From assembly GCA_002269645.1 (NCBI GenBank), contig NIVC01004833.1, positions 1-33,853 of the forward strand: DNA of 33,853 nt, read 5' to 3'. Source of the stretch: Macrostomum lignano. Lineage: Eukaryota. Under the pieces are notes generated by a model, which did not search any database, was not told the origin of the DNA, and was given only the letters and a program-made list of their open reading frames with translations. Shown piece by piece: positions 18,237-27,337 of this stretch. Both the position numbers and the translations under genes were made by a program. The first letter of the stretch is position 1; each line of letters opens with the position of its first letter.

Positions 18237-19064
18237 ATGAGCTCAAATGCGCTCTTTCTGATCGACATCGTCCGCGACTCGGGCGGCAGCCGGGAGGCCG
18301 GGAATTTCGTCATCAAGAACTTGCCGAAGAACCTCACGGCGAAAGACTTCCTGGACAAGAACTACAGCAGGCGGCTGTCTCGTCAGTTCGAGGGCATCAA
18401 GAAACAGCCGTGCTCGCAGCGGGAGTTCCAGCAGCTCCTCGGCAAAATGAGGCGGCTCAGCCAGGCCTCAGTGAGCGGCGGCGAGCGAGACTCCGCCTAC
18501 GACAGCTCGACAATTTCATCCCGCGCCTCCAGTGCCAACCAGCTGGTGGCGGCAAAGGCGGCGGAGGCGGCGGAGGCGAAGGCGGCGGAGGCGGCCAAGG
18601 CGGAGGCGGCCAAGGCGGAGGCAGCCAAGGCGGAGGCAGCCAAGGCGGAGGCGGCCAAGGCGGAGGCAGCCAAGGCGGAGGCGGCCAAGGCGGAGGCGGC
18701 CAAGGCGGAGGCGGCCAAGGCGGAGGCGGCCAAGGCGGAGGCGGCCAAAGGCAACTGGGAAGCCACGCGGGTGGTGCAGCCGGCGCAGCGGCTCGGAGCT
18801 CCGCCGCCGATTCTGACGCCGGGCTCGGAGAGGCCCGGAGGCGAGCCGCAGCGGTTGGCTCAGCCGCGGCTGCCCACGGTGCCACCGCAGGTGGCAGATC
18901 GGCAGCAGCCGCCGCCTCCGCCGCCGCCGCCATCCGCACCGGCACCTCAGCCGCAGCCGCAGCCGCAGCCGCAGCCGCAAGCGATCTTCAGGCCAGGCAG
19001 AGTCAGGCAGAGCGGTGCCATCAACGTCGTGGGCCACAGGACCAGCATCGCGGTGCGCGACTAA
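18237..19064 (+). CDS. G4: intronless 275-aa member of the same family with an (AEAAK)11 helical linker and a poly-Pro/PQ tract
   Basis: ATG to TAA with AATAAA at 19170. FVIKNLPK..TAKDFL aligns with G2 FIIKSCPK..SLGQFL; contains DSAYDS and C-terminal VRQSGAINVVGHRTSIAV. Confidence 0.8.
   Translation: MSSNALFLIDIVRDSGGSREAGNFVIKNLPKNLTAKDFLDKNYSRRLSRQFEGIKKQPCSQREFQQLLGKMRRLSQASVSGGERDSAYDSSTISSRASSANQLVAAKAAEAAEAKAAEAAKAEAAKAEAAKAEAAKAEAAKAEAAKAEAAKAEAAKAEAAKAEAAKAEAAKGNWEATRVVQPAQRLGAPPPILTPGSERPGGEPQRLAQPRLPTVPPQVADRQQPPPPPPPPSAPAPQPQPQPQPQPQAIFRPGRVRQSGAINVVGHRTSIAVRD
18585..18749 (+). repeat. 15-bp coding tandem repeat (GCGGAGGCRGCCAAG; AEAAK x11) within G4
   Basis: Eleven in-frame units counted directly. 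Confidence 0.92.
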
Positions 19065-19509
19065 GCGGAGATTTAAGGCCGGTGAACTGCGCTGTACATT
19101 AACTTTTCTGAATGCCAAACTGACATTAGCCTACTGACTGACCCTGTGTACATTATCCAGCATGCGAATAATAAATTTATGATCCGTTCGCTCACAGTAT
19201 GTAAACTTCTTTTCTGTTGCAAACAATAGCTCTTGGTCCCGCCTTGCCGTTACTTGAGGAGAGCATCAAAGCAGATGGGGCTGCTACAGTGCAGTGGCAG
19301 CGCTAACGAGCTGCTCCGCTCAAGCTCAAAAACGGGAATCACCAAAGCCTCAGATTTTTAAAAAAGTATCGCTTCGCACAAAGCACACCTGTCCTCCGCG
19401 TGCCTTTGTTCGCGCCAAGCTCCTGGAAACGTTGCGTTCAGACCCTGCCTGCCTCCTTGCCTGCTGCTCTCTTCACTGATAAACACGGCACCGATCTCGT
19501 TAGCTCAGA

Positions 19510-19727
19510 CTGCCTTATGCTCTGCCTTCTGCTCTGCCCTCTGCTCTGCCTTCTGCTCTGCCTTCTGCTCTGCCTTCTGCTCTGCCCTCTGCTCTGCCTT
19601 CTGCTCTGCCCTCTGCTCTGCCTTCTGCTCTGCCTTCTGCTCTGCCTTCTGCTCTGCCTTCTGCTCTGCCTTCTGCTCTGCCTTCTGCTCTGCCTTCTGC
19701 TCTGCCCTCTGCTCTGCCTTCTGCTCT
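19510..19727 (+). repeat. 12-bp minisatellite (CTGCCTTCTGCT), about 18 copies
   Basis: Direct periodicity; gives the LCLL shadow ORF. Confidence 0.93.
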
Positions 19728-20468
19728 CTCCTCCTCCCTTACCTTCTTGAGACTTCTTGACCCCCCCCACAGCCTCAGATCTCAGGTCTCAGCAGCCCCA
19801 GCTCCCCCATCTCAGCAGCTGCCCCATCCCGCAAAATGTGAAAGGCCTCGGCAGACCAAAGCAAGCAGTGGTGGGAAAATTCTCCCAACATGGGAGGCTG
19901 ACCGGACGCTGCCGAGAAGCTGTCTCCACTGTTTTATCGCGAGTTCGAGCGGCGGCAGGCCGATCAGAATAAATTACTTATCCAAGCACCGAAGCTCCGC
20001 AGCTGCCGACTGTTTATTCAGAATTTATCAGCCCCGACCGGCCGCTGCCGCTCCGCCGATCAAAGCGGAGCTCGGTTCGATTTTGCACTTTTAGCTGCGA
20101 AACAAAAAGATTGGAGAAGGTGGATGAACTGAGCAATACAGAGAAGAGGTTTGAGCAGCAATGAGCCGCGCTGCACGAACCGAGTTATGAAAAACTGGCA
20201 CTTCTCACCGCCCTTCTCTCCCAGCGGCCTCTGCGCCGCTTTCTTCGCCTTAACAGAGTTGGGGAGGAGCGCGGGCCGAGGAGCGTCCCCATTCAGTCCG
20301 GGAAATATTAGATTTTGCAACCCCCCCCCCCAACTGCAGCTCCCGCCAGGGCTGGGTGCTGGGCGCTCGTGTCATTTGCTTGATAATGGGGGGGGTCCAC
20401 CTGCACTGCAGTGCGGCTCCCTGCGTGCGGGACTGGCTGGGTGCGAGCAGGGAGTGGGAGCGGCCAAG

Positions 20469-20845
20469 TTACAGTGTGTTAGCGAGCCTGTTACAGTGTG
20501 TTAGCGAGCCGATACAGTGTGTTAGCGAGCCTGATACAGTGTGTTAGCGAGCCTGTTACAGTGTGTTAGCGAGCCTGATACAGTGTGTTAGCGAGCCTGA
20601 TACAGTGTGTTAGCGAGCCTGATACAGTGTGTTAGCGAGCCTGATACAGTGTGTTAGCGAGCCGATACAGTGTGTTAGCGAGCCTGTTACAGTGTGTTAG
20701 TGAGCCTGTTACAGCAGGTGTTCGGGAGGCTGTTACAGCAAGTGTTCGGGAGGCTGTTACAGCAGGTGTTCGGGAGGCTGTTACAGCAGGTGTTCGGGAG
20801 GCTGTTACAGCAGGTGTTCGGGAGGCTGTTACAGCAGGTGTTCAG
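20469..20845 (+). repeat. Compound minisatellite: a 22-bp unit (TACAGTGTGTTAGCGAGCCTGW) switching near 20708 to a related 24-bp unit (TTACAGCAGGTGTTCGGGAGGCTG)
   Basis: Periods read directly; both units share CTG.TACAG..GTGTT. Confidence 0.9.
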
Positions 20846-21449
20846 AAAGCCTCAGGTGCTGGATGGACACATGAATTCATGACCAGCTGTCTTCGGGCTG
20901 TGCTCTCGCATATATTTTGCACATTGTCCGTCTGTCTCTGCTCGGGCATTCGCGATTTCCCAGCATCACGTGATGGAGCCCTCAAATTCAGGACGCCCGG
21001 CTGCATCAGATGAGGCTGGGCCAGGTGGAGAAAGGGTGGGGAGGGCTGAGCAGTTTGAGCTGCACGCTCATTTCACACCTTCTGAATTTTCCCACGGATT
21101 AACCCACAGTTCGACACCTTGCCAGGGGATCTGGGGATGAGGCGGCAGGTAACGAGGGCAGCGGGACGATCCAGCATCTCCGAATCCCAGACTCGATAAT
21201 TCCATCATGCTTTATTGATGCCGAAGACTGCAGGACCTCCTCCCCAATGATGGGACGCGGAGGCTGGCATTCTTCTCGCTCTCTCAAAGGCTGCCAACAG
21301 TCAGTGCCAAGTAATCCCTGCTATTCGCATCCCCGGCAGAGCTGTCCTTGCTCCCGTGCTCACGTTCTGCCACCCTCGAACTGGCATTTTTTATAACCGG
21401 GCCTTAACCCAAACCCCGTGTGTCTCAATCACTGACCTCTACCCCTGGT

Positions 21450-22657
21450 GCAGCTGCTGAGATGGGGGAGATGCTGAGATGGGGAGCTGCTGAGATGGGG
21501 CAGCTGCTGAGATGGGGGAGATGCTGAGATGGGGAGCTGCTGAGATGGGGCAGCTGCTGAGATGGGGGAGATGCTGAGATGGGGAGCTGCTGAGATGGGG
21601 CAGCTGCTGAGATGGGGGAGATGCTGAGATGGGGAGCTGCTGAGATGGGGCAGCTGCTGAGATGGGGAGATGCTGAGATGGGGAGCTGCTGAGATGGGGC
21701 AGCTGCTGAGATGGTGAGCTGCTGAGTCGGGGGAGCTGCTGAGATGGGGAGATGCTGAGATGGGGAGATGCTGAGATAGGGAGCTGCTGAGATAGGGCAG
21801 CTGCTGAGATGGGGGAGATGCTGAGATGGTGAGCTGCTGAGATGGGGCAGCTGATGAGATGGGGGAGATGCTGAGATGGTGAGCTGCTGAGATGGGGAGA
21901 TGCTGAGATGGGGAGCTGCTGAGATGGGGGAGATGCTGAGATGGGGAGCTGCTGAGATGGGGCAGCTGCTGAGATGGGGAGATGCTGAGATGGGGGAGAT
22001 GCTGAGATGGGGGAGATGCTAAGATGTGGAGATGCTAAGATGGGGAGATGCTGAGATGGTGAGCTGCTGAGATGGGGCAGCTGCTGAGATGGGGGAGATG
22101 CTGAGATGGGGAGATGCTAAGATGGGGGAGATGCTGAGATGGGGAGATGCTAATATGGGGAGATGCTAAGATGGGGAGATGCTAAGATGGGGGAGATGCT
22201 GAGATGGGGAGATGCTAAGATGGGGAGATGCTAAGATGGGGAGATGCTGAGATGGGGGAGATGCTGAGATGGGGAGATGCTAAGATGGGGAGATGCTAAG
22301 ATGGGGAGATGCTGAGATGGTGAGCTGCTGAGATGGGGCAGCTGCTGAGATGGGGGAGATGCTGAGATGGGGAGATGCTAAGATGGGGGAGATGCTGAGA
22401 TGGGGGAGCTGCTGAGATGGGGGAGCTGCTGAGATGGGGGAGATGCTGAGATGGGGGAGCTGCTGAGATAAAGGAGATGCTGAGATGGGCAGCTGCTGAG
22501 ATGAGGAGATGCTGAGATGGGGGAGCTGCTGAGATGGGGAGATGCTGAGATGCTCAGATGGGGGGCTCTGAGATGAGGGAGCTGCTGAGACGGGGGAGCT
22601 GCTGAGATGGGGGAGCTGCTGAGATGGGTCAGCTGCTGAGATGGGAGAGCTGCTGAG
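21450..22657 (+). repeat. G-rich variable minisatellite of about 14-17 bp (core GCTGAGATGGGG)
   Basis: About 1.2 kb of permuted GCTGAGATGGGG(G)AGAT and GCTGAGATGGGGCAGCT units. Confidence 0.93.
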
Positions 22658-23500
22658 GATCAGTTTCTGTACACTGCTGCTTGTCTGCATCAGATGGAGG
22701 GGCAGGGGAGAGATGAAGAGTCCCGCCTGTTGCCAGGCGGGCGCGCAGGTAGGCGGGTCCAGTTTCCGACCAATTTTCTCGCCTCTCCGGGCGGGGCCTT
22801 GAGAGAGGCGGAGCCGCATTGGGGACCTGGCGGCAGTGCGATGTCGGGCTTGATTAGCTCCGGGCATCCGACGTGTCTGCGCCGAGATGGGGCGGAGAGG
22901 CTGCAGGGCCGCTGGCTGCTGCATGGCACAGAGGCTTCAATTAAGCAGTTGTCAGATGCGGGCCGTCCGGCAGCCTCCCCAACTCCCGCTCTCTGGGCTT
23001 CATCGCTTTCACTGCCACTCAGAGGCCCCAGAATTGCAGGCGCAACACGCGGCGGGCATCTCAGGGCCACTCAGCCACCGCAGCCTGCCTGGCATCAAGC
23101 AAGTCTTGTTCCGCTTTCATCAGAGCCCGGCTGCTGCGGCTGTCAGTCAGGATTGTAAATTATCGGACAGGTTCACCAGAGAGCAATTAGACTGATTGTA
23201 ATTAATGTCGGGCCCCGTGGGCATCAGCGAGTCGGACAATTATGATGCAGGGCGGAGGCTGGACAATGGCCGGTGATGGATCACCGGGGCTCAGAGAGCT
23301 CGGCGCACTGCATTGAGCAGACTGCGCAGGCCCAGCCCAGAGCCGGGATGCACTTCATATTAGTGACTTCTCACCCAAGCCTCGGCCCCGTTAGTCAAGG
23401 CCGCGACAGGCCCTCAGGCAGTGCATTGATATGCCGGATAATTCCACATAGTGATGAGTACGTGTCATTGTTGTTTGAGACAGGGTCTATTATTGAGACA

Positions 23501-24213
23501 GTGATGAGCAGTGATGAGCAGTGATGAGCAGTGATGAGCAGTGATGAGCAGTGATGAGCAGTGATGAGCAGTGATGAGCAGTGATGAGCAGTGATGAGCA
23601 GTGATGAGCAGTGATGAGCAGTGAGGAGTAGTGATGAGCAGTGATGAGCAGTGATGAGCAGTGAGGAGTAGTGATGAGCAGTGATGAGCAGTGATGAGCA
23701 GTGAGGAGTAGTGATGAGTAGTGATGAGCAGTGATGAGCAGTGATAAGCAGTGATGAGCAGTTATGAACAGTGATGAGCAGTGATGAGCAGTGATGAGCA
23801 GTGATGAGCAGTTATAAGCAGTTATGAGCAGTGATGAGCAGTGATGAGCAGTGATGAGCAGTGATGAGCAGTGATGAGCAGTGATGAGCAGTGATGAGCA
23901 GTGATGAGCAGTGATGAGCAGTGATGAGCAGTGAGGAGTAGTGATGAGCAGTGATGAGCAGTGATGAGCAGTGAGGAGTAGTGATGAGCAGTGATGAGCA
24001 GTGATGAGCAGTGAGGAGTAGTGATGAGCAGTGATGAGCAGTGATGAGCAGTGATGAGCAGTGATGAGCAGTGATGAGCAGTGATGAGCAGTGATGAGCA
24101 GTTATAAGCAGTTATGAGCAGTGATGAGCAGTGATGAGCAGTGATGAGCAGTGATGAGCAGTGATGAGCAGTGATGAGCAGTGATGAGCAGTGATGAGCA
24201 GTGATGAGCAGTG
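23501..24213 (+). repeat. 10-bp minisatellite (GTGATGAGCA), about 71 copies
   Basis: Exact 10-bp register with occasional GTGAGGAGTA and GTTATAAGCA variants. Confidence 0.97.
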
Positions 24214-25027
24214 AAAGCAGAGTATGAAATTCGGCCTGGGGCTGGAAGCCGTCCTGCGGCTCCTCGCAGCTGGAAGTCTTCAGCCGTGCGACCCATTTTC
24301 TGTTTCTAAGAAACAAGGGATTACAGTGAGCCGGTCCCTGCGGCGGCAAGAGAAGCCATGGCGCTGGCGGGCGCCGCCCTGCAGATCCCCCGCCCAGCTC
24401 AACAGAGGCGGCACTAATGAAGCGGTAATTTGGGATCGCGAGCGGCAGAGCAGCAAGCACCGAAGTCTGCACTGGAAAGCGGCAAGAGGCTACTAAAGCA
24501 CAGATCATTTACGATCCGAAACTCCTATTCAGCAATGGAATAAGGCTATTCCTGGCATCAAAAAAGAGCAGATCGTGGCCTGCACACGAGTAGGAGAAGG
24601 CGAGGCTCAGGCTGGACTCTCAATTATTGCGGTCTGTCCACCACGGCCAGCCTCCTCCAAGATTTCCCCACTTGCCCCCCCCAGTCTTCTCCGGCGTCTC
24701 CGCCCCCTCCCCCTCCCCCCCGAGAGCAGCCGCTGCTGCACTTTCAGCGCAGTTGCGACTTCTGGGCGATTTGCCAGACACCCCCGGTGCGGGGCGGCAG
24801 TGAGCACCGGCTTAGCGAGTCTCCGACCCCCCTCCTCCACCGATCCCCAGGGCCTGTCAGCTGCCAGTCAGTTGCAAAGCCCCGGAGTGCCTCCCCGCTG
24901 AGCTCTCCATGCCAGCAGACTGCCCGAGTGTAAACGGCCCGCTTGGCTCAGTAATCCTGAGCTTGGAACTGCAACCTCTGCAACTGCGGCGGATCAGCGC
25001 TGTCCTCAAATCTGGTCTGCGCGGTCT

Positions 25028-25184
<157 letters not shown>

Positions 25185-26779
25185 CAGTGATGAGCACAGT
25201 GGCAGGCAATAAGCAGTGAGCTTGCACTGACCGGTGATCCCATGGAATCTGCAGCACTGCTGCGGACTCGGGCGTGCCTCCCTTCTTCCCAGTCGCTGCC
25301 GGGCAGGTGGCTGCTGCCTCCCCCTCCCCTGCCCCAGAAGGCCGAGCAGAGTAGCGAGTTTCTGCGCCCCTCCCGCCCTGCTGCAGTCGCTGGGCAAAAA
25401 GGGTTCCGGGGAGTCTCCGTGCACTGCAGGACGCGGGCCGCATTTTCCCCGCAGGAAAGCGCAGCCGTGTTTAGAATGCGCTGCCTGTTTATGTCAAGCA
25501 GTTGTGGGTCTGCTGCTGCGACTCCGTGACTACTGCGGCTGCGTCAGGGAAGCAGATGGCTGTAGCGCTGAAACCCCCGTTCCGTCTCCGCAGGATTTAT
25601 CACCTGTGCTGCTCCCCTGCTCCCGGTGTCCCTTGAATTCCCCAACCCCAGGTTGATGAATCGCCGCGCTGCCTACCTGGCGGAGAAGGCGAGCTGCTGT
25701 TAACATAAAAAGTAAATCCACTGTGCTGAGGAGGCGGCGGACGCGTTAATTTGCCGAGTTATTAACTGCCGACCCCCGTTCGGAGATGCGGGCGGCCGGT
25801 CCGGTGTTGCAGGAGGCTGCGCAATCAACTCGCAGGTCTCCGAGGCCGCCGCCGCTGCTAATGACTGCCCGCCTGGCCTGTCCTGAGCAGCGGGGTGGAG
25901 GAGGCCACGCAGCCACGCCCGAAAGCTACATTTTTGGAGATTAACGCCGCCCCCGCTGTTGCGGGGGGGGGCTCGCCAGACTGAAACTGCAGCCGCCCCG
26001 GGGGGGGCAGCCGACTCTTAGCGGGAGTGGCGGCGGCTGACTCGGCAAAACAATTCCGCTGTATTGACTTGGCCAGCCGCTGGAACAGACTGAGGGGCGG
26101 GGGGAGTGGCTGCAGCCTCCGCCAGTTCACGCAAAGCCGCCGCACAGACCTGGCCATGTTTTTGCGCTCGCAGATGTTCCACGGCATGGGGGTGGCCTGC
26201 AGAGAGTCTGAACTGCGGCTTGTCATTTTTATGCTATTCAAACTTCGTCACCGGATTGCGGGGCCCGAGCCCAGCGTCCCAATCCTTCATCAGTCCTGAC
26301 AGGCTGGGGAGGCTGGGAGGGGCTGCTGGGAGAGGTTAGAGTGGCTGCAGTAAGCGGCGAGAGCGCTTTTTCGAGTTTGGACATCGAATTCTCTGGAAAG
26401 GTGACTGCCCGCGGTCCGGCTAAGTAGAGGGGGACTGCAACCCCCCCCCCCCGGCGGCAGCTGGGGACAATGGGAGCGGCAGAGGCCGGATAATGGCGAT
26501 AAGGCCCAGGCAAAACTCTCGGGTGGGCCGGAGACCAGAGCGGCAATCAGCGCGGATCAATTGGAGGCGGAGGGCGCCTTCTGCTACTAGAAGAAGAAAT
26601 TGCTTTCCTGGCTGGCTGGCGGTGAGATGGAAAATCTCGGCCGCTATCGGGAAAAAATCTTTTTTCTTTTATTGCGGGGTGGCTGCTTCTGCTTGCTTTA
26701 TCTTCTAGTTGCAGCCCCGGCCCGCTTAATCCCCGCCGCCCCCCGCTGAACTTTCCCAGTGCCAGTATCCACGTTAGCT

Positions 26780-27020
26780 GCTGAGGGAGCAGGGAGAGAT
26801 GAGCTGGGGACTGAGGGAGGGAGCGGGGATAGATGAGCTGGGGACTGAGGGAGGGAGCGGGGAGAGATGAGCTGGGGACTGAGGGAGGGAGCGGGGAGAG
26901 ATGAGCTGGGGACTGAGGGAGGGAGCGGGGATAGATAAGCTGGGGACTGAGGGAGGGAGCGGGGAGAGATGAGCTGGGGACTGAGGGAGGGAGCGGGGAG
27001 AGATGAACTGGGGACTGAGG
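26780..27020 (+). repeat. 34-bp G-rich minisatellite (GATGAGCTGGGGACTGAGGGAGGGAGCGGGGAKA), about 7 copies
   Basis: GAGCTGGGGA recurs at 26801, 26835 and 26869. Confidence 0.92.
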
Positions 27021-27337
27021 AACTGAGGTGAAGTCGGTTTGATTTGAGTACCGGTGCGCGGCTTCACTTAAGCGGGCTCGTGTTTATTAATATGGCGCTG
27101 GGCACGCAGGCAGGCCGGCCGGGAGACAACACGGGCGGCTGGACAGCAAGCGGACGCGGTACGAAAGCATTGATAAGCTGCGGCTAATGAGGAGCGATGG
27201 AGACAAGCGGGGGGACAAGGACAGACAGACAAAACTAGGGGGGGGGGTCCAAAGCGGGCTGTCCACATCAAAAATTTGTTTTCGCATTGCGCCTTGTCAT
27301 TCAATGTCGTCACTCTCTCGGCGGCGCCGCGCCGAGG

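Noticed and set aside
23501-24213. GTGATGA in each 10-bp unit matches the snoRNA box C (RUGAUGA)
   Set aside because: No box D (CUGA) partner or terminal stem within the array; a 7-mer match in a simple repeat is uninformative.
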